A DNA stretch of 64,000 nt. Source: a virus. The DNA lies in IMG/VR virus record IMGVR_UViG_3300007735_000780, positions 3,511-67,510 of that record. One strand, written 5' to 3'. A program made the position numbers and the translations under genes. The notes under the pieces were generated by a model. The model was not told the DNA's origin, searched no databases, and saw only the letters and a list, made by a program, of their open reading frames with translations. This document shows positions 10,114 to 21,034 of the stretch, piece after piece. The number at the start of each line of letters is the position of its first letter. Position 1 is the first letter of the stretch.

Positions 10114-11190
10114 TTAATAATAGGCTATTAAAAGAACATATCCATCACCTCCTCTTCCACCATTTCCAGCACGTGCTACTCCTCCAGATGTTACTGCACC
10201 ACCACCTCCTCCTCCACATCCTATACTTCCTGATCCTCCGTTTCCTCCATTAGTACTAATACTATCACTTGCTGCTCCTCCGTGTCCTGGTGTTCCTACA
10301 CCAAATGAAGAAGAGTATAAACTACTAGAAAAACCAGCTAAAATTAGTCCATTTATAAAATTATTAACACCATTTTGCCCATTACCACCATTTGCTGTTC
10401 CTGCTGAACCTGTAAAGACTAATTGTCCGTTTTTAAAAACAGCAGAACCTGTTGCTCCGTTTTGAGCAGCATTAATAGAAGTTATATTTCCACCACCACC
10501 TCCTCCTCCAGTTCCTATACTACCATTAAATGAATATAAAGGAGTAGCATTATTAAAAATAGGAGAAGTATTTCCATTTCCTCCTCTTGATCCTACTAAT
10601 TGATAGAATAAATTAGGAATAAATGATGATTGAAACTCACCACCAATATTATAAGGAGCACCAGCTAATCCTCCACTTCCTTGAACTAGAATTGTAGAAG
10701 AACCAGATCTAAAAAAACTATTATCACCTGCAGTTCCTTCACTTCCGATACTACTATTACCTCCTGCTCCTCCAGCTCCTCCACCACCAACTTGAATAGT
10801 ATAAGAACTAGTAGTTAAAGAAGAAGATTCAAACCAAGCAATAGCAATGGATCCTCCACCACCACCTCCACCTCCATTTCTAAGAGTATTAATAGCACTT
10901 GATTGTCCTCCTCCACCACCTGCTCCTGCTCCTACACAAACTACTTGTAAATATTTAATGTTATAATTAATACTAGGGTTTTTAGTCCATGTATAAGTTG
11001 TAGTTACTCCTCCTGAAGCTGTGTATTCATATACTAATGTAGAGCCTCTATTAGCTGTTAAATCAAATACTGCTCCACTTTTATCTGTTAAAAACACAGA
11101 ACTTCCACTAGAGTAAATTACTCCAGATTTTGGTGCTAAAGGTTCTGTTGATGAAGTTTTTATTAATGATATGTTATGTAAAATTTTCAT
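10114..11190 (-). CDS. Glycine-rich-domain adhesin-like protein (cassette A, member 2)
   Basis: TYTWTK...VVCVGAGAGGGGG...GGDGYVLLIAYY glycine-rich architecture. Confidence 0.7.
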   Translation of the reverse strand: MKILHNISLIKTSSTEPLAPKSGVIYSSGSSVFLTDKSGAVFDLTANRGSTLVYEYTASGGVTTTYTWTKNPSINYNIKYLQVVCVGAGAGGGGGQSSAINTLRNGGGGGGGGSIAIAWFESSSLTTSSYTIQVGGGGAGGAGGNSSIGSEGTAGDNSFFRSGSSTILVQGSGGLAGAPYNIGGEFQSSFIPNLFYQLVGSRGGNGNTSPIFNNATPLYSFNGSIGTGGGGGGGNITSINAAQNGATGSAVFKNGQLVFTGSAGTANGGNGQNGVNNFINGLILAGFSSSLYSSSFGVGTPGHGGAASDSISTNGGNGGSGSIGCGGGGGGAVTSGGVARAGNGGRGGDGYVLLIAYY

Positions 11191-11196
11191 TTTTTA

Positions 11197-12615
11197 TTAA
11201 TAGTATTCTACTAGTATACATAAACCTGAAGAACCACTTCCTCCTACACCACTCCAAGGATAACCTTCTCCTGTTCCTTGAGATGGGATTGATGAACCAA
11301 CAAATGCACTACATCCTCCACCACCACCACCTCCAGCTCCGTATAATCCTCCATGTCCTCCATTTCCTGCTACTTTACCTGTTCTATTATTAGAACCGGA
11401 AAAATAAGTACATCCTCCACCTCCACCCCCTGTTCCTAAACCATAAGAAGCAGTGAATCCTTTTAAAGGGAAACTTTGTATAAGTTGAGTAATAATATCT
11501 TTACCAACATTATCATTACCATTAGAACCATTACTGGCTGTAAATGTATTAAAAATAGCAGGATCTGTACTTGCTGATGCTCTTCTTCCTCCAGCACTTC
11601 CACTTGTTAAAGTACCATTAAAAGTAAACACTCCTGATCCTGATCCTCCATTACCAACTCCAAACTCTCCACCAAAATTAGTAAAAGTATCACTTCTTCC
11701 TCCTCCAGCACCTCCTCCTGCTCCTGCTATAGGTATAGCTCCAGTGTATTGTAAATTTGTTTCATTAAGTACTTGTCCGCTATTAAAATATATTTGAGAT
11801 GTTTGAGGTGGTGATAAAGAACTATAAGGTGAAGATGCAAAAGGATTACCAGCTAATCCAGCATGTGCTCCAGATCCTGTTGTCGAGGTGAATCCACTAG
11901 CATATCCTCCACCTGGAATCCCAAAGAAAGAGTATGGTCCTCTACTTGGTATACTATTTCTTCCTCCTCCTGGAACAGCTACTTCTGCTGAAAATTCACT
12001 TCCTGAAAAGATACTAAGTAGTGAACCTCCATATCCTCCATAACCTCCTTCTGCTATAACATATGAACCAAAAGAAGTATCATCTCCTTTAGAACCAGAT
12101 TGAGCCCAGGTTGCGTTTACTATTTGAGCAGAACTATCAAGTGATGAAGTTACACGACGTAAAGATCCTGCTCCTCCTGCTCCTACAGTTATAGAAACTG
12201 AGTTAGGAAGTTCTTCTGCAAAAAATTGAGCATATGTGATTCCTCCTCCTCCTCCTCCCATTCCTCCTGTAGCAACATGACTACTATTATACAAAGCAAA
12301 ACCACTTCCTCCTCCTCCTCCAGCACCTAAACATATTACTTTTAATAGTCTTAGATTAGTAGGTTTAGTCCAAGTGTATGTTTTAGGTGTTCCATCTCCT
12401 ATATTTGAACCAGTATAATAAAGAATATTTATACTACCTGTAAATAAATTAGTTAAATCAAACGTATCACCATCTGAATTAGTAAAATATAATGTATTAT
12501 ATGCTCCTAAAGAACTTGCACTTGAAAATAAAAGACCAAAATTGCTAGGTTGAGCGCCTGGTAGAGGTGAAGATTCTGTTATTCTAAATTTTATAGTGTC
12601 TAAAACTTTTATCAT
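11197..12615 (-). CDS. Glycine-rich-domain adhesin-like protein (cassette A, member 1)
   Basis: TYTWTKP...VICLGAGGGGGSG...GSSGLCILVEYY. Confidence 0.7.
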   Translation of the reverse strand: MIKVLDTIKFRITESSPLPGAQPSNFGLLFSSASSLGAYNTLYFTNSDGDTFDLTNLFTGSINILYYTGSNIGDGTPKTYTWTKPTNLRLLKVICLGAGGGGGSGFALYNSSHVATGGMGGGGGGITYAQFFAEELPNSVSITVGAGGAGSLRRVTSSLDSSAQIVNATWAQSGSKGDDTSFGSYVIAEGGYGGYGGSLLSIFSGSEFSAEVAVPGGGRNSIPSRGPYSFFGIPGGGYASGFTSTTGSGAHAGLAGNPFASSPYSSLSPPQTSQIYFNSGQVLNETNLQYTGAIPIAGAGGGAGGGRSDTFTNFGGEFGVGNGGSGSGVFTFNGTLTSGSAGGRRASASTDPAIFNTFTASNGSNGNDNVGKDIITQLIQSFPLKGFTASYGLGTGGGGGGCTYFSGSNNRTGKVAGNGGHGGLYGAGGGGGGGCSAFVGSSIPSQGTGEGYPWSGVGGSGSSGLCILVEYY

Positions 12616-12627
12616 AAAATTAACTTT

Positions 12628-12792
12628 TTATTGGAACGTAAAATTAGGCCCATTTAATTGTTTTCTAGTACCATTAGAGTCTATAATGTATAAAATTTTA
12701 TCTGTACCCATATAAAGAGTTAAATAACCTGTTGAAGCCGCAGGAGGAATTGATCCTGTTTCTACTAATTGTATTGAGGTTACTATATTCAT
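12628..12792 (-). CDS. Unannotated 54-aa adaptor-like protein (cassette A)
   Basis: Hand-translated MNIVTSIQLVETGSIPPAASTGYLTLYMGTDKILYIIDSNGTRKQLNGPNFTFQ; TAATG coupling to the upstream fibre gene; paralog at 21035-21181. Confidence 0.8.
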   Translation of the reverse strand: MNIVTSIQLVETGSIPPAASTGYLTLYMGTDKILYIIDSNGTRKQLNGPNFTFQ

Positions 12793-15700
12793 TATCTTGA
12801 AATATATACTATGTATTCATTAGTTGCTGGAGGTAAAGAAAATATTACTGTTACTTGATTGTCAGATGTTCTTTGAACTGTAGGATAAACTGTATCATAT
12901 GGAGCACTTCCTGACATAACTGTAACGTGTACTAAACGTGTTCCTAAATTATGATTTACAGGAATACTAGTAGCACTATCATTACCAATTGATTGAGAAT
13001 ACCAGAAATTAATATATGAAAGTTTACCTGTACTTTCATCAATCATTACAGAACTTGTAGGTATAAGGTTTTCTTGTAAATTTGCAAATCTTACTTCAGT
13101 AGTATTTGAACCAGAAACAACTAAACTACCTGTTAAAGTAACAATATTTGTACTTTTTACAAATGTAAAGTTTCCACTGCCACTAAAAGTATTACTATCA
13201 TTAAACTGAATAGTAGTATTTGCACCACCAGGTGTTCCACTTCCTCCTCCAATTGCACTTGAGGCAGTAGTAAATAACTGTCCATTATTGTCTAATAATA
13301 CTACCTTAGTAGCAGTGTTTGAATCTGTTAGATTTGGAAATCCAACTGAACCTGATACTTGAAAATTATAAGTTGGATTTATAACATTAATACCAACTTT
13401 ACCACCAGATGAACCTGTAAATGCTGAGGTGAGATTTGGATTATTAGGATCATACAATCCTGAACCGAATATAAGGCCACCAATATTTAAACGATTATTA
13501 CTACCTGAAGGGGTTGAAACAGTATTGCCTATAACAATGCTACCTGAGCCTAATGTGCCTCCATCAGCTGTTGTAAAACCGGCTTTATATCCTATAGCTG
13601 TAGAATAACTAGCATTTGAAGAATCTTTCGCTGTATTGAATCCTATAGCTATAGTGTTTAAAGATTGAGTTATATTCAATCCAGCTTGATTACCTAAAAA
13701 TATATTATAACTCCCAGAAGTATTTTTACCAGAGGCTTTACCTATATTAATTGAGAAATCATTATTATATCCTCCAAATCCAGCTTCACTTCCTAAAAAT
13801 ATTGCTTCTTTAGTATTAGTGTTATTTTGTCCTGAACCTGTACCAAACCAAATATCAAATGTATTTTCTCCTTGAGAATCAGGTGTTCCAGCTAATGGTT
13901 GAACAGAAATTAAATCTTGCTGAGATGTTACTCTTATTGGATATGAAGAAGTTACTGATGTAGTAGCAAAAGAAGCACTTGTAGAACCAGATGCATAAGA
14001 TGCACTTAACACTGGGTTAGTGTTTGTAAATATTGAACCAGTAACATATGAAGCTGTTAATGCTAAAGATGATGTTAGTGAGTTTGAACTTGATAAAGCA
14101 TATGATGCACTAGTAGAGCCTGAAGCATATGATGCACTTAATATACTATTAGAACCAAATGGTCCCCACACATTAGAAGCTGTTACAAAAGATGATGTTA
14201 ATGCTAGTGATGATGTTGTTGCTCTAGAAGAACTTAAAGCAAAAGATGCACTTAAAGCAAGATTTGTACCTGTAAATATAGAACCAGTTACATACGATGC
14301 CGTTCCTGCAAATTGGGATGCAGATGAACCTGTCCAAGCACTTGGAACAAAATCACCTCCACCACCTCCTCCAATTGCACTTGAAGCAGTGTAATATACT
14401 TGTCCTGTTGATGTGTTATATGTTAAAACATTTGATTGGGCAGTATCACTTAAACCTTGTAAAAATGTGTTTGAAGCACTTACTTCAAAATGTGATCTTG
14501 ATACAAATAAAACATTTCGTCTATTAGAATTATCAGTTCCATCTCCAATTATAAAGGCGCTTTGAGAAGTAGAAGATACATTAAACTGACCAACTACAGT
14601 TTGATATGAACCTGAGGCGATACTATTCCATCCTTCTGCATGTGATGCAACTCCTACAGCTTGTGAAGCTGAACCTTCAGCATGAGAATAGTTACCTGAA
14701 GCTGTTGTGTTTCGTCCTTCAACATGTGAAGCAAAACCGAATGCTATAGATCCACTTCCTTCAGCATGAGAATAAGAACCGGAAGCTATAGAACCTAAAC
14801 CTTCAGCATGTGAATAGTCACCTATAGATGTGGTATTTTGTCCTTCAGCATGTGAGTATAAACCTATAGCTATTGTATCTCTTCCTTCAACGTGTGAGTA
14901 AGAACCTGCAGCTAATGTTGATCTGCCTTCAGCGTGTGATGCTCCACCTATTGCTACTGTATTAAGTCCTTCAGCATGTGCTCCATTAACTAATACAGTT
15001 TGATCACCAGCCCAAGTTGTAGGAGAAGTATTTAAAATATAAGCAGAAGTAATAGTACTTGTTGGAGTAAAAAACAATTGAGTTGTAGTTGTAGCAACAT
15101 TATACGACCTACTTGTGATTAAAGGTAAGGTATAAGCAATACTTGATGTATTATATATAATAGCATAATTTCCTACAGTAAATAAACTTGTTATGTTTCC
15201 ATAAGAAGGCATAAATGAAGCAGTACCGTTAGAAATAGAAGCAGAATATGCTCTATTTGTTCCTGCTTGAGTTGTAAGACCTTCAACGTGAGAATATAAT
15301 GTTAAATTAAAAGTTCTAGTTCCATTTCCTTCAGCATGAGAACCAGTACCTGAAGCTGTTGTATTAAAACCTTCAGCATGGGAAGCAAAACCTGATGCTA
15401 ATGAACTTGTTCCTTCAGCATGTGAATAAAGACCTGAAGCAGTAACACTGATTCCTTGTTCTAAACTTTGGGACAAATAATTATATACAAAATTAGAACT
15501 TCCACTAAAAGAACTTCCACTATTAAATTGAATAGATTTGTCAGAAGGAGCTGGTAAAGAATTTAAAGCATAAGAAGCTGTTAAGGCATATGATGCACTA
15601 GTAGAGCCTGAGGCATATGATGCACTTAATATACTATTAGAACCAAATGGTCCCCACACATTAGAAGCTGTTACAAATGAAGCAGTTGAAGCAAAACTTG

Positions 15701-16565
15701 ATGTTAAGTTTTGAATAGTAGCTATATCAATACGAGCATATCTAGCATCACCAGCTGCTGTGTCAAAACCATAAATCTGCTGCCATTGGCCTGTTTGTGT
15801 ACTGCTTGTTATAAAAATAAAAGCATCACCGTTTTTATCAGCATTTCCTCCTGTTTCACCTGAAATTACAAACAGTGTTCCTGAAACTGGAGGATTAGGA
15901 TAAGAAGGATCTATGTATGGGGAACTAGATGATAATGAAGATGATAATCCTGTAAATACACCTCCTAAATTTACTGTTACATTACCGTTTATAGGAGTAA
16001 TCCCGTTTACAGTGCGTAAACTGGCTGTTAAAAGTATTCCATTGTTGACTGTAATTCCTAAACCTTGAGGTATGTTTACAAAAGATGCTGTTAATGCTTG
16101 AGAAGCACTGTGAGCCCAACTTGCTGTTCCAAATAAACTACCAGTTAATGAACCTGTAAACGAACCTGTAATACCACTAAATCCACCACTGCTTCCTGAC
16201 ACTAATAAAGAACCAGTTATAACAGCATTACCATTAAATGGAAAAGCAGTTCCACCTCCGCTTCCAGTATCAACTGTTATCGGAAATGCAGAACCATCAC
16301 CTTTTGTAAATGTTATAGTGTTTGAAGAGACAGATGCTGTTTTTAATAAAGAACCAGTATTTACACTTCCACCTCCACCTCCTCCTCCAATTGCACTTGA
16401 AGCTGTATAGTATAGTTGACCAGATTCTGAGTTGTAGGTTAAAACATTTGCTTGAGAAGCAGTAGTTAAATTATTAAAATAAATTGAACTTGATATTACA
16501 GTTAAGTTACTACCTGTAACTTGTAATGATTTAAAACTACCAGATGAAGCGCGAAATGTAGGCAT
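12792..16565 (-). CDS. Long mosaic fibre protein with SHAEG (YadA-head-like) beta-roll repeats
   Basis: 1257 aa; 14-aa xxASGxYSHAEG repeats, N-I-F-L-G repeats, TASYA linkers, C-terminal NHNLGTR...YIVYISR domain. Confidence 0.75.
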   Translation of the reverse strand: MPTFRASSGSFKSLQVTGSNLTVISSSIYFNNLTTASQANVLTYNSESGQLYYTASSAIGGGGGGGSVNTGSLLKTASVSSNTITFTKGDGSAFPITVDTGSGGGTAFPFNGNAVITGSLLVSGSSGGFSGITGSFTGSLTGSLFGTASWAHSASQALTASFVNIPQGLGITVNNGILLTASLRTVNGITPINGNVTVNLGGVFTGLSSSLSSSSPYIDPSYPNPPVSGTLFVISGETGGNADKNGDAFIFITSSTQTGQWQQIYGFDTAAGDARYARIDIATIQNLTSSFASTASFVTASNVWGPFGSNSILSASYASGSTSASYALTASYALNSLPAPSDKSIQFNSGSSFSGSSNFVYNYLSQSLEQGISVTASGLYSHAEGTSSLASGFASHAEGFNTTASGTGSHAEGNGTRTFNLTLYSHVEGLTTQAGTNRAYSASISNGTASFMPSYGNITSLFTVGNYAIIYNTSSIAYTLPLITSRSYNVATTTTQLFFTPTSTITSAYILNTSPTTWAGDQTVLVNGAHAEGLNTVAIGGASHAEGRSTLAAGSYSHVEGRDTIAIGLYSHAEGQNTTSIGDYSHAEGLGSIASGSYSHAEGSGSIAFGFASHVEGRNTTASGNYSHAEGSASQAVGVASHAEGWNSIASGSYQTVVGQFNVSSTSQSAFIIGDGTDNSNRRNVLFVSRSHFEVSASNTFLQGLSDTAQSNVLTYNTSTGQVYYTASSAIGGGGGGDFVPSAWTGSSASQFAGTASYVTGSIFTGTNLALSASFALSSSRATTSSLALTSSFVTASNVWGPFGSNSILSASYASGSTSASYALSSSNSLTSSLALTASYVTGSIFTNTNPVLSASYASGSTSASFATTSVTSSYPIRVTSQQDLISVQPLAGTPDSQGENTFDIWFGTGSGQNNTNTKEAIFLGSEAGFGGYNNDFSINIGKASGKNTSGSYNIFLGNQAGLNITQSLNTIAIGFNTAKDSSNASYSTAIGYKAGFTTADGGTLGSGSIVIGNTVSTPSGSNNRLNIGGLIFGSGLYDPNNPNLTSAFTGSSGGKVGINVINPTYNFQVSGSVGFPNLTDSNTATKVVLLDNNGQLFTTASSAIGGGSGTPGGANTTIQFNDSNTFSGSGNFTFVKSTNIVTLTGSLVVSGSNTTEVRFANLQENLIPTSSVMIDESTGKLSYINFWYSQSIGNDSATSIPVNHNLGTRLVHVTVMSGSAPYDTVYPTVQRTSDNQVTVIFSLPPATNEYIVYISR
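14926..15480. repeat. Dispersed ~555-bp near-identical repeat, copy 1 (copy 2 at 26898-27452)
   Basis: Direct comparison: long identical runs flanking a central diverged patch. Confidence 0.9.
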
Positions 16566-16570
16566 GTATT

Positions 16571-18484
16571 TTAACTATTAAATTGCATTGCTATCCAATA
16601 AACAGGGCCTGATAATGCTACAGAACTATTTGTATTAATTACAAAAGAAGCACTTTCTTTACTTTGAATAGTCCAACTTCTAGCATCTTCTCCTGTTACT
16701 GTTATAGCATAATTGTTATTAGGAAATTGAGGTGAAAAAAATATTTGATTAGATATATAATCTCCTCCTCCAGCAGGAACAAAGTTAGCTACTGAAGCTG
16801 AACTTGCTCTCATATTTGTAGTAAATGAAGCTGTAGCAGCATATGAAGCTGAAGTTACAGTACCAACTACATTAGATGCTGTTACATATGATGCTGTTAA
16901 TGCATTTGTAACTATTAAAGAACTTGATACTGCATAAGATAATTTTCCTGTTGAAGAATTATATGCTAAAATATTAGGTTGATTATCGTTGCTTAAACTT
17001 TTAAAGTAAGTATTTGGAGCATCTGCTTCAAAATGTGATTGAGAAACAAATAAGACGTTGTGACGAGCATTATTATTAGTACCATCTCCAATTATAAAGG
17101 CGCTTTGAGAAGTAGAAGATACATTAAACTGACCAACTACTGATTGGAATGAACCTGAAGCAATAGTGTATCCTCCTAAAGCTATAGAATAATCACCTGA
17201 AGCAGTTGTTTTAATACCTTTAGCATGTGAAGCATAACCTGAAGCAACTGTTTCTCTTCCTTCAGCATGTGAATAATCACCTGAAGCTGTAGTTCTATAA
17301 CCTTCAGCATGAGAAGCAGTACCTGATGCTAATGATGATGAACCTTCAGCATGAGAATAAAATCCAAAAGCAGTTACACCATTTCCTTGTTGTAAACTTT
17401 GAGAAGTGTATATGAATTTAAATGAAGAATCTGCTCCAAAACTACTTCCAGAATTGTATTGAATGTATGTGTCTGAAGGAGCTGGAGGAGTTGCTCCACC
17501 AACATTGTCTGAAGCAGTGTAATATACTTGTCCTGTTGTAGGATTATAAGTTAAAACATTTGATTGGGCAGTATCACTTAAACCCTGTAAAAATGTGTTT
17601 GAAGCACTTACTTCAAAATGGGATTTTGATACGAATAAGACATTATGACGATTACTACTGTTAGTACCATCACCAATTATAAAAGCACTTTGAGACGTGT
17701 TAGCAACATTCCATTGACCAATTACTGATTGGAATGAACCTGAAGCAATAGTGTATCCTCCTAAAGCTATAGAATAATCACCTGAAGCAGTTGTTTTAAT
17801 ACCTTTAGCATGAGAATATTCACCTGAAGCAAGAGTTTGTCGTCCTTCAGCATGTGAATAATCACCTGAAGCAACTGTTTCTCTTCCTTCAGCATGAGAA
17901 GCAGTACCGGATGCTAATGTTTGGTATCCTTCAGCATGTGAATAATCACCTGAAGCTGTTGTTAAGTATCCTTCTGCATGAGAAAAAGAACCTGATGCTA
18001 ATGAACTTGTTCCTTCAGCATGTGAATAATCACCTAAAGCGGTTGTTAATCTTCCTTCAGCGTGTGAATAACCACCTAAAGCAATTACACCAAATCCTTG
18101 TTGTAAACTTTGAGAAGTGTATATGAATCTAAATGAAGAATCTGCTCCAAAATCACTTCCAGAATTGTATTGAATAAATGTATTTGAAGGGGCAGGTAAT
18201 CTTCCTATTGAACCCGTATTAACATAATAAACTTGTCCTGTTGTAGAATTATATGATAAAACATTGGTTTGAGCAACATTTGTTATAGTAAGTAATGATA
18301 ATCCTGAACCTGTAAGATTTGTATTACTAGCATCAAATGATGATCCTGTAACTTGTATTACTCCTGTACCGTCTGAACTTGATAATGTTTGGGCTAAGTA
18401 TAAAAGGTCACCATCCATTTCTGCAATGGTAAGCTTAGATCCTTTAACTTCTCTTAGTATTAATGAAGAATTAGGTGAGGGCAT
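16571..18484 (-). CDS. Fibre protein with two SHAEG repeat blocks
   Basis: N-terminal LREVKGSKLTIAEMDGDL fibre-attachment-like motif; internally duplicated PAPS..IQYNSGS + SHAEG + AFIIGDG modules. Confidence 0.75.
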   Translation of the reverse strand: MPSPNSSLILREVKGSKLTIAEMDGDLLYLAQTLSSSDGTGVIQVTGSSFDASNTNLTGSGLSLLTITNVAQTNVLSYNSTTGQVYYVNTGSIGRLPAPSNTFIQYNSGSDFGADSSFRFIYTSQSLQQGFGVIALGGYSHAEGRLTTALGDYSHAEGTSSLASGSFSHAEGYLTTASGDYSHAEGYQTLASGTASHAEGRETVASGDYSHAEGRQTLASGEYSHAKGIKTTASGDYSIALGGYTIASGSFQSVIGQWNVANTSQSAFIIGDGTNSSNRHNVLFVSKSHFEVSASNTFLQGLSDTAQSNVLTYNPTTGQVYYTASDNVGGATPPAPSDTYIQYNSGSSFGADSSFKFIYTSQSLQQGNGVTAFGFYSHAEGSSSLASGTASHAEGYRTTASGDYSHAEGRETVASGYASHAKGIKTTASGDYSIALGGYTIASGSFQSVVGQFNVSSTSQSAFIIGDGTNNNARHNVLFVSQSHFEADAPNTYFKSLSNDNQPNILAYNSSTGKLSYAVSSSLIVTNALTASYVTASNVVGTVTSASYAATASFTTNMRASSASVANFVPAGGGDYISNQIFFSPQFPNNNYAITVTGEDARSWTIQSKESASFVINTNSSVALSGPVYWIAMQFNS

Positions 18485-18543
18485 GTGTTGATTTTTATTA
18501 TAAATATGTTATAGAATCAGAGTGATCCTATTAATGTTTATAA

Positions 18544-18747
18544 CTATACAGAAGGAAAGTCTGGTGGGATTTTTCCTAAAGGACGATAAAAAATATCTTC
18601 AGTAGACTCATACCAATCACCAATTCCTGCTACAAATTCAGTGTCTTGTTTTAAGTAGTCGTGTGGGAAAGGATATGTGTATGGAGTTGTTCCATCCCAT
18701 TCTATGTTATCAATTACATAATTATCTTTTATTACAAACCATTTCAT
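18544..18747 (-). CDS. Small fibre-assembly/adhesin accessory protein
   Basis: WFVIKDNYVIDNIEWDG...AGIGDWY pattern; follows glycine-rich genes. Confidence 0.55.
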   Translation of the reverse strand: MKWFVIKDNYVIDNIEWDGTTPYTYPFPHDYLKQDTEFVAGIGDWYESTEDIFYRPLGKIPPDFPSV

Positions 18748-18758
18748 ATATTTTTATT

Positions 18759-19868
18759 TTAATAGTATTCTAATATTGCTAAATAACCTGCTCCTCCGTT
18801 TCCTCCATTGCCTCCATTTGAACCTGATCTGGCACCTCCTCCACCACCTCCACCTGCTCCAAAAAATCCTCCATCACCTCCTCTTCCTCCTCCTACTGTT
18901 CCAGCAGCATTGCCTCCTCCAGCTCCATGTCCTCCCATTCCAAAACCATAACTAGAAGTAATTGTAGCACTTCCTGAAAATGAAAGTAATGATACTGCAG
19001 TAACAATATTACTACCACCATTACTGCCTGAATTAGCAGGGGCACTACCTCCTGTACCTGGAGAGCCTGAAGTGAATAAAGTTCCATCAATTAAGTATAT
19101 TCCTGATCCTGATGCTCCGTTAATTAATCCTCCAGCAGCAGTTATTCCACCACCAGCACCTCCTCCTCCAGTTCCTCTAAATCCTGTTCTAGCATGGTAT
19201 ATGGTATAAGTAGTACCAGGATTGGGAGTTGCAACTTGAGGACTATTAGTAGCATATCTTCCTCCTCCATTTCCTATTAAACGAAATGGTAAAGTATTTA
19301 AAAGAGTAGCAGAAACAGAATTACTTCCTCCAGCAGCAGTTCCTCCACCTAATGCTCCACCACCTCCACCGCCTCCTCCTCCAGCAGTAATCAATGTTAC
19401 TGAAGCACTAACAAGAGAAGTTGCACCACCATTAGAACCACCTGTTCCTGAATTAATAGTTGTGGTTCTACCTGCTCCTCCGTTAGTAGAAGTTGCTACA
19501 GTAACAGTATATGTACCTGCCGAAATAGAAGTTGCATCATAAAACACAACAGAAATTTGCCCACCAGCACCACCTGCTCCTCCTCCTACAGCATTAGTTA
19601 CAGCATCTCTTGCACCACCACCACCTCCTCCTCCTGCACCTACAGCTGCTATTTTAACATATTTAACATTTGCAGGTTTAGTCCAAGTACCACTACTAGT
19701 GTATTCTTGTAGTATAAAATATCCTTTTGATTCAGTTAAATTATATTCAGTACCGGTAGTGTTTTTAAAAAAAATACTGCTTCCACTAGCATATAATAAT
19801 CCTCCTGTACTAGGAGTAGCAGGAGCAGATTGTGTAACTTGATAAATTGTATTTAAAAACTTAGGCAT
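18759..19868 (-). CDS. Glycine-rich-domain adhesin-like protein (cassette B, member 2)
   Basis: EYTSSGTWTKPANVKYVKIAAVGAGGGGGGG...GGAGYLAILEYY. Confidence 0.7.
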   Translation of the reverse strand: MPKFLNTIYQVTQSAPATPSTGGLLYASGSSIFFKNTTGTEYNLTESKGYFILQEYTSSGTWTKPANVKYVKIAAVGAGGGGGGGARDAVTNAVGGGAGGAGGQISVVFYDATSISAGTYTVTVATSTNGGAGRTTTINSGTGGSNGGATSLVSASVTLITAGGGGGGGGGALGGGTAAGGSNSVSATLLNTLPFRLIGNGGGRYATNSPQVATPNPGTTYTIYHARTGFRGTGGGGAGGGITAAGGLINGASGSGIYLIDGTLFTSGSPGTGGSAPANSGSNGGSNIVTAVSLLSFSGSATITSSYGFGMGGHGAGGGNAAGTVGGGRGGDGGFFGAGGGGGGGARSGSNGGNGGNGGAGYLAILEYY

Positions 19869-19873
19869 ATTGT

Positions 19874-21025
19874 TTAATAAAATTCAGTAATAATACATAA
19901 ACCTGAAGAACCAGATCCTCCGTTTCCTCCTCGATGGGCAGCATTTCCTGAAAGCATTTGACCACCTCCACCACCACCCGCTCCATAAAGTCCACCATTA
20001 CTGCCACTTCCTGCATTAGTATTAAGACTACCAGTAGTAAAACCACCACCGTGTCCCCCTCCTCCTAATCCATAAGTTGTTGTACTTCCAGAAAATTGTA
20101 GAAGAGTGGTTATCATGTTATTTGTTGGTGTTGTTGCATTTTGACCACTAGAACCACTACCTGGGAATCCTCCATTTGTTATTAATGTAGTAAATTGATA
20201 CCCATTTGATCCACGAGACCCAGAATGGATACCACCTGTATTTCCTCCTCCGTACCCTCCGCCTCCTCCTCCTCTTCCTTTTGGAATATTAGTTAAAACA
20301 CCTCCAGCTGCTCTACCTTCATCTATAGTAAGAGCAGCATTATCAAAAATAACAAAAGCAGGAGATGAATAAGCTGGGCCTATAGCAGTAGCATCTAATG
20401 TTCCTGCATTACATCCGTTTATAGAATATGGATACCCTGCAGGAGTACACAACAGTGCTTGTCCTCCAGAAGTTTGACTACTTATTGAAAATCCTCCAGC
20501 AACTCCTCCCGCTCCTCCTCTTGCTATTACTAAAGTATCAAAAGAAGAAGTCCCTCCAGTTATTCCAACGTTTCCAGTACTAGTTGTACTACCTGCTCCT
20601 CCTGCACCTCCAGCTCCTACTACAATTGTGTAACTGCTGCTTACTAATGTACCAGCATCAAATGTTACCCAAACTATTGCTCCTCCTCCACCTCCAGCTC
20701 CCCCAGTAGATACAGCACCACCAGATCTCATTCCTCCTCCTCCACCTCCACCTGCACCAACACAACACACTTCAATAAATTTTAAACCAACTGGTTTATT
20801 CCAAGTATATGTTTGTGTTGTTCCATCTCCTATAGCTGAGCCAGTGTAATAAAGAATGTTTATACGACCACGACCTGGGGTTGAAATATCAACTTCTGTA
20901 CCTGATGAATTCTTAAAAAAGAATTTATTACTTCCACTAGCATATACAACTCCAAAACCTGAATTGGGGGTTCCTGGAGCAGATCCTGTAGTTGATAACT
21001 GTAAACTTTTTAATATTTGACTCAT
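19874..21025 (-). CDS. Glycine-rich-domain adhesin-like protein (cassette B, member 1)
   Basis: INILYYTGSAIGDGTTQTYTWNKP matches INILYYTGSNIGDGTPKTYTWTKP of 11197-12615; ends GSSGLCIITEFY. Confidence 0.7.
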   Translation of the reverse strand: MSQILKSLQLSTTGSAPGTPNSGFGVVYASGSNKFFFKNSSGTEVDISTPGRGRINILYYTGSAIGDGTTQTYTWNKPVGLKFIEVCCVGAGGGGGGGMRSGGAVSTGGAGGGGGAIVWVTFDAGTLVSSSYTIVVGAGGAGGAGSTTSTGNVGITGGTSSFDTLVIARGGAGGVAGGFSISSQTSGGQALLCTPAGYPYSINGCNAGTLDATAIGPAYSSPAFVIFDNAALTIDEGRAAGGVLTNIPKGRGGGGGGYGGGNTGGIHSGSRGSNGYQFTTLITNGGFPGSGSSGQNATTPTNNMITTLLQFSGSTTTYGLGGGGHGGGFTTGSLNTNAGSGSNGGLYGAGGGGGGQMLSGNAAHRGGNGGSGSSGLCIITEFY

Positions 21026-21034
21026 AACAGTTTT

